Shown here: positions 37,721 to 51,499 of the stretch, piece after piece
How positions within the stretch are numbered: the stretch's first letter is position 1
How the letters are laid out: each line of letters opens with the position of its first letter
NCBI GenBank assembly: GCA_964016885.1
Contig: OZ024743.1
Span: 69,130,001 to 69,194,000, forward strand
Direction: 5' to 3'
Source: Eledone cirrhosa
Lineage: Eukaryota
DNA: 64,000 bases
Notes under the pieces: generated by a model
What the model saw: the letters and a program-made list of their open reading frames with translations, nothing else
What the model was told of the DNA's origin: nothing
The model's database searches: none
Program-made: the position numbers and the translations under genes

Positions 37721-37846
37721 TAGCTGAAGTACCCAGCTTCGCCGGGGTTAACAATTTATAAGAGAAGACCGACAGAAGCGAAAACGTTTGTATTGAATGC
37801 ATTGTCTTGTTTACACTGTGTGTGTGTATGATTGTGTGTGTTTGTG

Positions 37847-37877
<31 letters not shown>

Positions 37878-37912
37878 ATGACTGTTCGTGTGTGTGTATA
37901 TATATGTGTGTG

Positions 37913-37994
<82 letters not shown>

Positions 37995-39489
37995 CCTGTG
38001 TGAGTGTTCGTGTGTGAGGGAGTGCGTGTGCATGTGTGTGTGTAAACCACCGTTGGAATCGGAGACATAGGCCGCGAAACACGATCATCACTGACAACGA
38101 ACTCGAGAGAGAATCCCTTATGGTTGATTCGCAACCTGCTAGAAATAGCAGTCAGGTTGGTTAGCATACGTGGTATGTCTTTCTTCTTCTTTGGTGTTAT
38201 AAAATGAGTATCAACAAACTTTCCTGGATATACCCTAATCCCAATCCTCTACATACTTTCCGATTGTCACTTTTGGTTTTTTTCGTGTGATACGCTAAGG
38301 AAACAACCAACAAAGATTTCTCTTTGATATCTCTTTTATTTGTTCATTCAAAATATTTTCCAGCTAATTCTGTCGTACAATATACATCAGCAATCTAATG
38401 TTTAAAACATGGGAATAGCTGCGATATATGCACCATATCAATCAAAAACGATATGAGAATTGAATACCATACTAAAGCGTTAATAAGCTTGCCAAGAACC
38501 TGCAGATAGAAATGTTAATAAATACAATTGGCTTGGGTAAACTTTAACATGTTCTTTCATTGTAGGTTTCTTTTCTTAGCCAGTACGTTAAAGAAAATTG
38601 ATAGTTGCAACAATAAAGGTTGAACAGAGAACACATTTTTTTAACAAACTTTACAATAATTTGTACAGCCATAATGGAAATTCCAAGTAACAGAAAATAC
38701 ATAAATTACATTGTTAGAGCCTCAGGTTATACAACATTTTTTGTTTGGCTCTTGGGAGCAGAGATGAAGAGATTGTTTGGCGAGCTCACCCTAGAGCATC
38801 CTACATACAATTGACCATGGTTTTCCCAGATGAAGGCCAGTCACATTTAGGGTTTGACCCTGAGCTTTGTTGATGGTAATCGCGAAGCTTAGTCTCTCTG
38901 TTGCTCTAGTAACATTTTTTTCTTATGGAAAATCTGATCTTGCGGCCAGGCTAGGACTCTTTGGGTGGCATATCGGCTGTAACAATGACGATACGCCGTC
39001 TGTGCTTTCGTGAAATAAATACGTTTGTTTATATTTTGTTTTTGTGTATGCAAAAATATCTGTACACGAATATATAATTATATGTATATTAAAATAATAG
39101 ATTATAGTTTAAGGAAAGAATCGCTGCTTTCGCCCTTAACGGGATCTTCTGAAACTAAAAAAAGCAATTTGTGAACGCAGAAGTATATATTTCGAATAGC
39201 GTTGCAACCGAAAGAGAACAGGAAGATGATATCTTGGTTCGTAGAGACGTTAGGAATGTCGTATAACTGGAAGTGTTGACATTTGAACATTTTAAAGAAG
39301 TGAATATTTAAATAATGTCTTTAATCTTTTAACAAATTTCAGTAGACAAACATAATCTCACTTTCTTACTTGGAAAAAGTTACATCCATGGTGCAAATTT
39401 GGTGCCGTTTGGTCCAGCGGCTTGGCGGAAAGTTTGTTAGTTACATACGGCCGTCAAAGTATATATATATATATATATATATATAAAGA
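37720..39489 (-). mobile_element. Non-autonomous Helitron, copy 2 (helicase relic 38715-38896; 5' end uncertain)
   Basis: Minus strand reads RLSFAITINKAQGQTLNVTGLHL/HGQLYVGCSRVS...TKNVV (PIF1-like motifs V/VI, frameshifted). 3' end: CCCGGC gaa GCTGGG hairpin, then CTAG followed by T. Confidence 0.8.
39105..39157 (-). ncRNA. Hammerhead-like motif (CAGAAGA core) in a solo copy of the second Naiad 3' UTR (~39085-39270)
   Basis: TAGTTT-CAGAAGA-tCCC gttaa GGGc-GAAAG...CTT-AAACTA. Confidence 0.5.
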
Positions 39490-39498
39490 ACGAGACAG

Positions 39499-39531
<33 letters not shown>

Positions 39532-39830
39532 AAGGGAGAGAGGAGAGCAAGTCATAATCAACAAAACTGTGATGATGTGATGTAATGCCAGAGGTACGGC
39601 GTCTTAGGAGGAAGCTGCTTACAATGTGGCTGGATTAAAAGAAAACTTTCCTAATACGTGGCGTTGTTGGTGATGAGGCCGATGATGAAGATGATAACCC
39701 TGATTGTGATAATTCTTATAGGGCGTTTGAAGGTGGAGATTGTGTTGTTGTTAGTGTGGTATTAATAATCTTCCCTAAAATTTGGGGTTCGGATATCGCT
39801 CGCATCGCAGTCATTTACTTTTTCCTGATA

Positions 39831-41052
39831 CAGGGTGGGGCATAAGTTTGGAAGCAAATCGTTGATATTTGATTTCTAGAAGTGCTGTAAGTATGTCATT
39901 ATTTTTTGTCTTTTATTGTCATGTTAAAACATTAGTCTATTTACGCATATTGGATTTTGACTTTCTTAAATAATTTGAAAATGTCATCGAATATTGAAAT
40001 GCTACACAAACTTCATCATGCAGGGAGGTCTAATTCGGATATTGCTAAGTTACTTTCGGTTGCTAGATCTACTGTTTGGAAAGCTTTAAAGCGTTTTAAG
40101 CACAAAGAGATTTGTCGGATAGACCCAAAAGTGGTAGGCCGCAAACTAAACGAACTCCTACTCCTATATTTCGAGAATAAGAAGAAATCCAAAAAGATCC
40201 ATGAGAAAAATGACGAAAGAGGTCCGAGTAAGCCCTACGACAATGAGAAGGAACATCAATGTTGACTTATGAATGTCTTTATTCAGCTATCAGGAGAGAC
40301 AAACACTTTCTAAAAAGACCAAACAAAACAAGGCCAGTTGACTAAAAAGAAATTGCTTAAAGAAATGAAACGTGGCATGGTGGGGAAAATTGTGTAGTCA
40401 GATGAAATGATTTTCACTGTTGAACAGACACACAAATGAAGAAATGATCGAGTCATTGGAAAGAAAGCATCAGCAATCAGTCTTAATCCAAAATCTGTAT
40501 TTCATACAATGAAACCAGCTTCTGTTATGGTCAGGGGCAGTTTCATCATCTAGGCGGTGTCTTGTCATTTTTGTGGAAGATTATGATTGCTTCTGCAACT
40601 AATTCCGTTGTCAATGATTATCTGTGGATCTTCGAACGGGATGGAGCCACCTCCCATACAGCAAATATCACACGTGCTTGGTGCAGAGACCATCTTCCGA
40701 GGTTCTGGTCAAAAGAAATATGGCGTCCTTGGTTGATTTGAACCATATGAACTTTTCAGTATGGTCTATCCTTGAAAAAAAAAGGCCTGTTCAAAAGTTC
40801 ATAAGAGAGTCGATGATTTTTAATGAGCACTTGAAAAGAAATTTCCCAATAAATGTTGCGTTCTTCGGTGAAAGATGTTCGATGGAGGTTAGAGGTTGTA
40901 ATTGCTGCACGTGGGAGTCACTTTGAATAAACTTTATACATTATATTGCACAGATATTTAAGTATAATTACATACATGTTCATGGTCAATAAATGTTGTA
41001 GCTTAGTTATTAAAAGCATTTTTATTTTGTTCCAAACTAATACTCCAGGCTG
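39831..41052 (+). mobile_element. Degenerate Tc1/mariner-superfamily (maT/DD37D-like) DNA transposon
   Basis: TA flanks; imperfect TIRs CAGGGTGGGGCATAAGTTTGGAA / TTCCAAACTAATACTCCAGGCTG; HTH SNSDIAKLLSVARSTVWKALKRF, SDEMIFTVEQ..RNDRV, DGA..HTA, DLNHMNFSVWSILE; many frameshifts. Confidence 0.85.
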
Positions 41053-42028
41053 TATATACTTCGACGATAAAATATGCATCCATCAATTAGATGCACCAAT
41101 ATAATTAGTTACACCCATAATCTCACGATTTATTTCCAGGATTTCTTAGATGAATAAAGGAAAACGGGACAAAGAAACCACAACTATTATGGTGCCCTGA
41201 GACCGAAGGTTAAAGCTGAATACCAGGTAAGAAGTGACGAGAATTGCAATAACAATAAGTTCAGGTGGAACTGTAAGAAATATTAGTAGTATCACTAAAA
41301 TATTCGTACTCTCGTGTCACACATAATATGGGGGGGGGGGGGGCTAATACTTGGGGTTGGAAGTAAGCAGGAGGGGGTAATAAATCGCTAACTTTTCAAG
41401 GTCGTCTCCGTTTATGTTTTAAAAAAACACTATTAGTCGTTGGTATTTCATACTTGAGACCGCGAAACATCCTCTTTATTTTATAACATAAGTAATGTAT
41501 TTATTTTTGACATGCATAATGTTTTTTTGTTAAGGTATAAATAAATTAATTGTTGCAGGAATGCTGCCAGTTAAAATATAATTTCGACGGAGATAGATTA
41601 TAAAAATCTAATAAGCAGGAGAGAGTGCTGTAACAAGAGCGGGTGGTAGTGGTTGGAAAAATTTGAAAAAATAAATGTAGGGTGGGGACTATTATTGTAG
41701 AGACAAGAGTAATTAGACCAACTGGTTTCCGTATCGCTTCTGTTTCCCTTGTACGAGGCAAATAATAGAGTTGATATATAGTAATGGTAGCAGATACTTG
41801 TCCAACACGATGTGGAGAGGAATAGTATGTTTATGAAATGAAGTAATATGTGTATTTAGTGTGCCAGATAAATAATGCCGACGTTAAGTGTTAAAACGAT
41901 CAAACAGCATGATTTAATGACATACATATATTCATTTATATAGACATGTCTAAATATGCATATATATATACGTCTGTGTGCGTGTGTGTGTATGTGTGAG
42001 TGTGTGTGTATACATGGGTATACATGTG

Positions 42029-42094
<66 letters not shown>

Positions 42095-42498
42095 TATGTA
42101 ACTATGCATGGATGTATGTATATGGACATATCTACAGTAACAGTTAAAGATATCATCTAAAGTAAATATGGGGTTGGCTGAGAGGAGGGCGGAATCACCA
42201 TATGTGTCAACAGAAGTGTTTAAATGTTTAAATACGATCATGCCACATTTTACACTATCTGACAACTTGTAGGAAGGTCGCTCACGATAACGATAAATGT
42301 TCCTCACCTTAAATACTCACACCCTCCCTGCCTTCCTGCAGCCCTCTCCCTCTCTCTTTTTATACACACACACAAACACATACACACACACGCAGACGCA
42401 GACACACGCACATACAGAGACACACACATATATATATATACATACATACATATATATGTGTGTGTGTATATGTATATATATATATATACACAAATATT

Positions 42499-42534
<36 letters not shown>

Positions 42535-42584
42535 AGTGCGTGTGTGTGTATATATATATATATATATACACACATTTATATAAC

Positions 42585-42619
<35 letters not shown>

Positions 42620-43226
42620 ATGTATTTATGTATGTATACATAAATGTATGTATGTATATACGCGTATATATATATGCACAGATAGGGAGAATTATGTGTT
42701 CTTAATATCTAAAAGCAAGACATTGGAGAGTGTTCTGCAATGATGTACAGTCAAGCATATTCTTTCATCGTTTTATGGGTTTCCTTCATTAGTCAACCCT
42801 TATAATGGTTCCCCACCTTGAGGGAATTAGTATATCATATTCATACTATATTTAGTATCGTTTCAAATCTCATAAATATTTTAACGATCCAGTTTTATTA
42901 AACGTATATAATAATAAATAAATTACGGTATGTAATGAAACAGTATACTTAAACAGAGGTAAGCACACACACATATGTATATATATATAAGACTGGCCTC
43001 TACACAGGAATTTGTAGTGAATATCCCTCATTAGGTATTGATTAGTCCGAAGCCATAATAGTCGAACTTGCCCATGGTACCATCCAGATTGACCTCGACA
43101 TTACTTGGCTGCAGAGTGAACAATTTAACAACGATTCATGGTTGACTGTGACCTCGAAGTTTCGCCGGATAGGATTATCAAACATACGATTTGATGTTCC
43201 TCCTATCTATATATAATTAAGTACGC

Positions 43227-43384
43227 ACAAGGGGTGCTGAAACGTCCTGGCTTTGAGTAAAAGAAAATATAGGAGGATCAGTTAATTATTTTATTCAACA
43301 AATTCTCCTCCTATTTTAAAGGTAACGGCTCTACCCCTTTCTGATACCCTTATAGCCAGGAACCCTTCAGCTCCACTCCTTTGT
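43227..43384. mobile_element. Mariner-derived MITE
   Basis: Imperfect TIRs ggggtgctgaaacgtcctggct / agccaggaacccttcagctcc. Confidence 0.6.
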
Positions 43385-44597
43385 TTATACCTCTAATAGA
43401 ACGTGAATAAATCTAAACTAAACCCATGACAATCACTTAAGCAAACGCTAACCAAAAATAAGTTCCGCAAAATTCATAATTTGAATCCAACAACGTCCTT
43501 AAAACGCAAGTTCCAACCCCCTCAGTCACTAGATAGATGGAGAATAGAAACATGTATTGAAGCCGCTCGATCAAAATATGTTGCATATTCCGCAAATTTG
43601 TTTAAACATTACGTCAATCCGAATCAGGTCTTTAATCTGAAATTGGGTAGAAGGAAACTGTAGAAGTCCTTAAATTATGCAAACCTTTTTCACATTGTGT
43701 CATATTTAAAAACATATATTGATTTAACAGGAACATATCTAAAAACCAGTTCGTTGATTCAGGTGGTTATAACTTCCTTACATGTTTAGAGATCAGTGTG
43801 TCAATTTGTAGTAACATAATAAACGCATTTGTGAGTTTTATATTAAATAATAATAATATTCGATTTGTTTGCTAGCAAACAGCCTCAATAGAGTATGTTT
43901 CTAGACGAGCATAGCCATACTTTTGTTCTAGTGCTAACAGAGAGAAACAATCGCACATAATATTGTTTCTGCGTTATTTTTCTTTGTCAAGATTGTTCAT
44001 CTCTCTTCTTGACAAAGGGTAATAACCTAGAAACAATATTATTCCAAAGACGTAGCGTAATAGAGCTATTTGCTTTCAAACGAATCGAATAATATTTTTA
44101 CACAAATAAACTGTTATCCTTCTTAAGGGTTTGCCAGTGTTCCTATATTCTCTCTCCTACGCAACAATGTGTCTCTCCTTGATATGTCGTCGTCGGTTTT
44201 CTGTACCATTCCTCCGTAATCTTATCCTATCGACTACATCTCTAGCTTTGCAATTTAGCTGCAGGCTTATCTTATAAACTATACAGATTCTATCCGTACA
44301 CGGTGTCTTTCTAAAGGAATATCTCTTACTGATCCACGATCTCATGGGAGCTCGTGCTTTTTCAACTACTTTAATCCAATAGAATATGTGACTAAAGAAC
44401 ATTGAAGAAATAACGAATAACTAGTAATAAAGATAAAGTGAGTATCATATGGCACGTTTGTTACATTTTCCTGGCAATAAAGGTAATAGGACCACCCACA
44501 AATATATTAATATCGGTTTCAACACACGATTTCACTTCAATAATCTTGCAAAATAAATATATTAACTTATATATATATAAAACATTTTTGGTCGTTA

Positions 44598-45463
44598 GGG
44601 AAGCCTCAACAATGCAGATGGGTAAATCTCCGGGTAACAGAATCCGGTGGTGAAGAGATAGATGTAAGAGGAAATGTAGAATGAGATGTATAGTGTGTAG
44701 AGGAACGTAGGAAAGAGCGTAAAACAAAAAAATAATAAATAAACCCACCATCCACCGACCAACAAGCGACCAGACAGACTGCTACACTGCCAGAAACAAA
44801 GACTGAATATAGGTAGTATAATGGATTGACAGCTAGCACCATCCCACTCCCACAATAAAGAGGAGCTGCCATGACCTTTGTTTGACCGCACCTATTCCGC
44901 GCACACGTGCGCTCTACAGGATATCTCAGTTACACACAAACGGCGGACAATAGAGGTCACGTACCGTTCCTCTCCGACAGATAACTTTCCCCCTCGGAAA
45001 ACGCCCCCAGTTGATGGATGTGAAATCCGAAATATAGGGACAATTAAGTCTATCCCAAGGTAATTCCATCTCGTGTTGTTATTTTTATTTTTTACGGTGG
45101 ATTGGCTGTGGAAGGGCGGTGGATTGGCAGTAGTGGTAGAGGGTCGGACGCCATGCTTTGCAGTATAGAGTTACGGGCCTGTATGATCTGAGTTCAAATC
45201 CCGCCGAGGTTAACTTTGCCTTTCATCCTTAAGGGGTCGATACAATAAATACCAGTCAGGCACTGGGGTCGATTTAATCGACTTTTCCCTCCCCAAAAAT
45301 TGCTGGTTTGTGGCTATATAAGAAACCATTATTTTTATTTTTTACGCTCGTTCCTACGTTCCTCTACACACTATACATCTCATCCTACATTTCCTCTTAC
45401 ATCTCTCTTCACCACCGGATTCTGTTACCCGGAGATTTACTCATCTGCATTGTTAGGGCTTCC
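44598..45463. repeat. ~140 bp inverted repeat (44598-44735 / 45328-45463) enclosing a SINE
   Basis: aatgcagatgggtaaatctccgggtaacagaatccggtggtgaagag and its reverse complement. Confidence 0.85.
45120..45305 (+). mobile_element. tRNA-derived SINE (octopus-type)
   Basis: B-box GAGTTCAAATCC, then cgccgaggttaactttgcctttcatcct...ggggtcgat...taccagt; paralogues at 52070-52230 and 63465-63640. Confidence 0.75.
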
Positions 45464-45703
45464 ATACGTGCTACTGTACGTCTGTATACATATATGTATG
45501 TACGTATACATACATACTTACATTTAAGTAAGTGCCATACTAAGAGTGAGAAATGAAATTTCGTTTTCATTTTTTTTCAACTTGTCGTTTTCGGTATGCC
45601 TGACCGATTTAACTCACTCAATATGCAAATTAGGCTGCTCAGCCGTTAATTTTCATAAGGAAAGTATATACTTTCGAACGTTCAACTATCTGGCAGATGG
45701 GTA

Positions 45704-45748
45704 AACGGTGCTGATGATAGCTAACAAGCTTGAAACTAGTACATCGTT
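45704..45748 (+). ncRNA. Type I hammerhead ribozyme
   Basis: AACGGTG-CTGATGA-tAGCT aaca AGCTt-GAAAC TA GTA-CATCGTT; 7-bp stem I, palindromic ACTAGT, GUA triplet. Confidence 0.8.
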
Positions 45749-45906
45749 CCTGTGTCAGTGTTGAACAAAAAGGTGACGTGGTTGCCTTAACAGCGTATGG
45801 CATAAATTCAGGCTGTTCTGTTTGTTGATAAACAAGCGAACAAAGCTGCGTTATAATAAACGTCAGCTAAACTGATGCGTGCTTATATGTATGTGTACCT
45901 GTATGC

Positions 45907-45945
<39 letters not shown>

Positions 45946-46181
45946 TGCTACTGTACGTCTGTATATATATATGTATGTACGTATACATACATACTTACAT
46001 TTAAGTAAGTGCCATACTAAGAGTGAGAAATGAAATTTCGTTTTCATTTTTTTTTCCACTTGTCGTTTTCGGTATGCCTGACCGATTTAACTCACTCAAT
46101 ATGCAAATTAGGCCGCTCAGCCGTTAATTTTCATAAGGAAAGTATATACTTTCGAACGTTCAACTATCTGGCAGATGGGTA

Positions 46182-46226
46182 AACGGTGCTGATGATAGCT
46201 AACAAGCTTGAAACTAGTACATCGTT
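46182..46226 (+). ncRNA. Type I hammerhead ribozyme (copy 2)
   Basis: Identical to 45704-45748. Confidence 0.8.
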
Positions 46227-46384
46227 CCTGTGTCAGTGTTGAACAAAAAGGTGACGTGGTTGCCTTAACACCGTATGGCATAAATTCAGGCTGTTCTGTT
46301 TGTTGACAAACAAGCGAACAAAGCTGCGTTATAATAAACGTCAGCTAAACTGATGCGTGTATATATGTATGTGTACCTGTATGC

Positions 46385-46416
<32 letters not shown>

Positions 46417-46469
46417 GCATGCTACTGTACGTCTGTATACATATATGTATGTACGTATACATACATACT

Positions 46470-46518
<49 letters not shown>

Positions 46519-46863
46519 GTGTGAGTATATCTCACCAAGTTCTCTTTCTCTTTATCTTTTCTCCTCTGTGTGTATATTCAAAGGTGTATGACTGTAAGCG
46601 AGTGTGTTACTGTAAGTAGATATATTTAATTAGGCATATATTGTTTAACACACCAACTATCTTATTAAATATATTTCCATGTGTTCAAAAATATATAAAG
46701 TTTAGGTTAATTGTTCGCTCTATTTCTAAATAGATGACAAGTTATTTTCATAAGATACTGGCTGGCAAATTGGCTATTTATGTTATCATAACATACACAT
46801 GCACAAATACACAGATGCGTATTGAAAAGGTCACACCTAAATGATTACATAAATACACAAATA

Positions 46864-46887
<24 letters not shown>

Positions 46888-46894
<7 letters not shown>

Positions 46895-46939
46895 CACTAC
46901 ATAAAGTCACATATGAATATATGATATATTAATATATTA

Positions 46940-46970
<31 letters not shown>

Positions 46971-46998
46971 AACACACACACACCCAGACACCCACGCC

Positions 46999-47062
<64 letters not shown>

Positions 47063-47090
47063 GGCGTGGGTGTCTGGGTGTGTGTGTGTT

Positions 47091-47121
<31 letters not shown>

Positions 47122-47173
47122 TAATATATTAATATATCATATATTCATATGTGACTTTATGTAGTGATATATA
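46888..47173. repeat. Near-perfect ~285 bp palindrome centred on (TA)n
   Basis: atatcactacataaagtcac...cacgccctctca (ta)n tgagagggcgtg...gtgactttatgtagtgatat. Confidence 0.93.
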
Positions 47174-47402
47174 AATTTTTTTTGGGGTGTTAGTAGGCGT
47201 CAGTCATCTTACCATCCCATTCCTTCTAACTAGCCTCTGTGTCACGTGATTGATTCTTTAGAATCGGCCATTTGACTTGAAGCAGTGAGAATTTCGGTAC
47301 ATAGAATCCAGTCCTCGCAAGCTGTTCGATCTACCGAATTATTATTATTTTTATATGAGCCGCCAGTGTCCGCGCATTGCCTGGAGACTTAACTGAGAAT
47401 AG

Positions 47403-47484
47403 ACTTCCTGACGACGCAATGAATTCTCGACAGTTGGATTACGTAACTGTCTTTATCCCATTGCAGAAACTAATTAGTTGGAGT
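47403..47484 (+). ncRNA. Type I hammerhead ribozyme, array unit 1 (CUGACGA)
   Basis: ACTTC-CTGACGA-cGCAATG..GACAGTT/AACTGTC..CATTGCa-GAAAC TAATTA GTT-GGAGT. Confidence 0.82.
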
Positions 47485-47976
47485 GAAAATTTAAGTAAGA
47501 AAAACATTTTTTTTAAATTTTTTTAAAAAAATATTTTCTTATTTTACGTCCTTTATATTATTGTTCTGCATTCTCCTGCATTGAACCACCTAGGTACTAT
47601 GACATAACCTGTGTATTTGCTGGCATGGGCGTGCATCTGTGCGCTTATGTTAGTTGATATATTAAATTATCTATATTTATCTCCAAATCACTGATTTGTC
47701 GAGCAAACTTGTCAAAACCACTTCTAAAAAAAAAAAAAAAAAAAAAAAATTTTTTTGGGGGTGTTAGTAGGCGTCAGTCATCTTACCATCCCATTCCTTC
47801 TAACTAGCCTCTGTGTCACGTGATTGATTCTTTAGAATCGGCCATTTGACTTGAAGCAGTGAGAATTTCGGTACATAGAATCCAGTCCTCGCAAGCTGTT
47901 CGATCTACCGAATTATTATTATTTTTATATGAGCCGCCAGTGTCCGCGCATTGCCTGGAGACTTAACTGAGAATAG

Positions 47977-48058
47977 ACTTCCTGATGACGCAATGAATTC
48001 TCGACAGTTGAATTACGTAACTGTCTTTATCCCATTGCAGAAACTAATTAGTTGGAGT
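47977..48058 (+). ncRNA. Type I hammerhead ribozyme, array unit 2
   Basis: As unit 1, core CTGATGA. Confidence 0.85.
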
Positions 48059-48544
48059 GAAAATTTAAGTAAGAAAAAAATTTTTTTTAAATTTTTTTAA
48101 AAAAATATTTTCTTATTTTACGTCCTTTATATTATTGTTCTGCATTCTCCTGCATTGAACCACCTAGGTACTATGACATAACCTGTGTATTTGCTGGCAT
48201 GGGCGTGCATCTGTGCGCTTATGTTAGTTGATATATTAAATTATCTATATTTATCTCCAAATCACTGATTTGTCGAGCAAACTTGTCAAAACCACTTCTA
48301 AAAAAAAAAAAAAAAAATTTTTTTTGGGGTGTTAGTAGGCGTCAGTCATCTTACCATCCCATTCCTTCTAACTAGCCTCTGTGTCACGTGATTGATTCTT
48401 TAGAATCGGCCATTTGACTTGAAGCAGTGAGAATTTCGGTACATAGAATCCAGTCCTCGCAAGCTGTTCGATCTACCGAATAATTATTATTTTTATATGA
48501 GCCGCCAGTGTCCGCGCATTGCCTGGAGACTTAACTGAGAATAG

Positions 48545-48626
48545 ACTTCCTGATGACGCAATGAATTCTCGACAGTTGGATTACGTAACTGTCTTTATCC
48601 CATTGCAGAAACTAATTAGTTGGAGT
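48545..48626 (+). ncRNA. Type I hammerhead ribozyme, array unit 3
   Basis: As unit 1, core CTGATGA. Confidence 0.85.
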
Positions 48627-49117
48627 GAAAATTTAAGTAAGAAAAAAATTTTTTTTAAATTTTTTTAAAAAAATATTTTCTTATTTTACGTCCTTTATAT
48701 TATTGTTCTGCATTCTCCTGCATTGAACCACCTAGGTACTATGACATAACCTGTGTATTTGCTGGCATGGGCGTGCATCTGTGCGCTTATGTTAGTTGAT
48801 ATATTAAATTATCTATATTTATCTCCAAATCACTGATTTGTCGAGCAAACTTGTCAAAACCACTTCTAAAAAAAAAAAAAAAAAAAAAAAAATTTTTTGG
48901 GGTGTTAGTAGGCGTCAGTCATCTTACCATCCCATTCCTTCTAACTAGCCTCTGTGTCACGTGATTGATTCTTTAGAATCGGCCATTTGACTTGAAGCAG
49001 TGAGAATTTCGGTACATAGAATCCAGTCCTCGCAAGCTGTTCGATCTACCGAATTATTATTATTTTTATATGAGCCGCCAGTGTCCGCGCATTGCCTGGA
49101 GACTTAACTGAGAATAG

Positions 49118-49199
49118 ACTTCCTGATGACGCAATGAATTCTCGACAGTTGGATTACGTAACTGTCTTTATCCCATTGCAGAAACTAATTAGTTGGAGT
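49118..49199 (+). ncRNA. Type I hammerhead ribozyme, array unit 4
   Basis: As unit 1, core CTGATGA. Confidence 0.85.
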
Positions 49200-49384
49200 G
49201 AAAATTTAAGTAAGAAAAAAATTTTTTTTAAATTTTTTTAAAAAAATATTTTCTTATTTTACGTCCTTTATATTATTGTTCTGCATTCTCCTGCATTGAA
49301 CCACCTAGGTACTATGACATAACGTGTGTATTTGCTGGCATGGGCGTGCATCTGTGCGCTTATGTTAGTTGATATATTAAATTA

Positions 49385-49450
<66 letters not shown>

Positions 49451-49607
49451 AACAATATATCAAAGGTATATATTGAGTTAGAAGCTCAAAATAGTCTCTT
49501 ACAATATTGTCCATAGCTAGTATATTTTTCACCTTAGCGAATCTTGTCCCTTACGATTTGAATACATATATGTATATATTTGCGTTTATCTTTCTTTTAT
49601 ATTCAAT

Positions 49608-49710
<103 letters not shown>

Positions 49711-50376
49711 CGTGCGTTCGTGCGTGCGTGCGTGCGTGTGTGTGTATGTGTGTGTGTGTGTACCGACATATATATTTATGCGTACATGTATGTATATATA
49801 GACATTTGAGATATGTACGTCCCAATGCAAATAGCCAGGATCACGTTGTCGTAGTTGTTAACGTAACAACTCGGAACCTGAAAGATGCGGGGTTCAATTT
49901 CTCGTTAGTCTTCCGTTCATTTTTTTTTCTATCTCTTGAATTACAATACCCAATTTCCGTACATTTGGAGCGATCGCATGTCCTCCTTCTCATTTTCTTA
50001 GGGCTACCCACTTTTCTAATTTTAAATTTCGCTTTTCTTCCTTTAGTGAATCTCAGTGTTTATACTTCTAGCGACATGTTTACAGTATTTCTAAAGGCTG
50101 GATTGAGGGTATGTGTCTCTTCACCAGACCCATACAACATATGAAAGGTACCGGTTTGCTGTCATGGAGGAGCCTCTGAAAATTTTGTCTTTTCTCATTG
50201 GCACATTACCCTATTTTCAATAAAAAATTATTATTATTATGGTCCTTACATTAGGACGCACCGTTTTCAATTTGTATACATACATATTCCTATAAACATC
50301 TAACACTATGTATGGCATGTATGAATGTATGTATGTATGTATGGATAAAATACAATATGTTGAAAGGGTAAAACAC

Positions 50377-50431
<55 letters not shown>

Positions 50432-50622
50432 TGGGATTGGCTCAGTGCAGATTCTTTTCTCATTTTAAAATATATCTTCATGCACAGGCATTGCACGATA
50501 GAATTAATTAATAATTATTAATAATGGTATATCGTGCAATGGCCATACTCGATAACGAGGGGGCAACCATCATCATGTATGTATGTATGTATAAAATACA
50601 ATATGTTGAAAGGGTAAGACAC

Positions 50623-50698
<76 letters not shown>

Positions 50699-51103
50699 GT
50701 GTGCCATCAATAAAATAGGGAAAACCACCAGTGTATGGAATCTATAACCTACGGAAGGCAGGGTAGACACACAATAATTGAAAATATAAATTAAAATGCA
50801 TATACGCACCTCTCTATATATATATATATCACACTCGCACAAATCCAAAGAGATCGCTTACACCAGGAAGTTGTTGAATGAAATGGAATCGCCTATCGGT
50901 CATCAGCGCGTGTAAGACAACTCTAAGAAAATCTAAGACAACCGTCCAGCAACACGTGGCAGAGAGATTTGACAGCGCGCTGAAGGACAATGAACCAGTG
51001 GTGTCTGAGGGACGTGCTGCTAGAAAGGGCAGCCCCCAAACCACTCACAGAAATGTGCTCAACCAAACAGAGTGAGAAGAATGACTGTTATAAGGAGCGA
51101 AAT

Positions 51104-51139
<36 letters not shown>

Positions 51140-51259
51140 AATCTGACTGATCAGCTAGAGTCTGCTAATATGCAAATAAGACTGATCAGTCACTATATTT
51201 TAGAAAATAGCATATATTTTCACTAGCTCTGCCAGTTGGCAGGTGAACAGTGAGCTGTA

Positions 51260-51331
<72 letters not shown>

Positions 51332-51333
51332 AA

Positions 51334-51468
<135 letters not shown>

Positions 51469-51499
51469 TGATATATATATATATATATATATAGAGCGA

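Larger units (their letters stand above)
45464..46470 (+). repeat. Tandem repeat of a 478-bp unit (2 copies plus the start of a third), one HHR per unit
   Basis: Near-identical units at 478-bp offset. Confidence 0.93.
47174..49390 (+). repeat. Head-to-tail array of four ~570 bp non-coding units, one hammerhead each (retrozyme-like / tandem pLTR)
   Basis: HHR-to-HHR offsets 574, 568 and 573; differences mostly in the A(n)T(n) junction tract; last unit truncated into (TA)n. Confidence 0.95.

Noticed and set aside
47174-49390. CRISPR array
   Set aside because: Whole units repeat without unique spacers; the context is eukaryotic and there are no cas genes.
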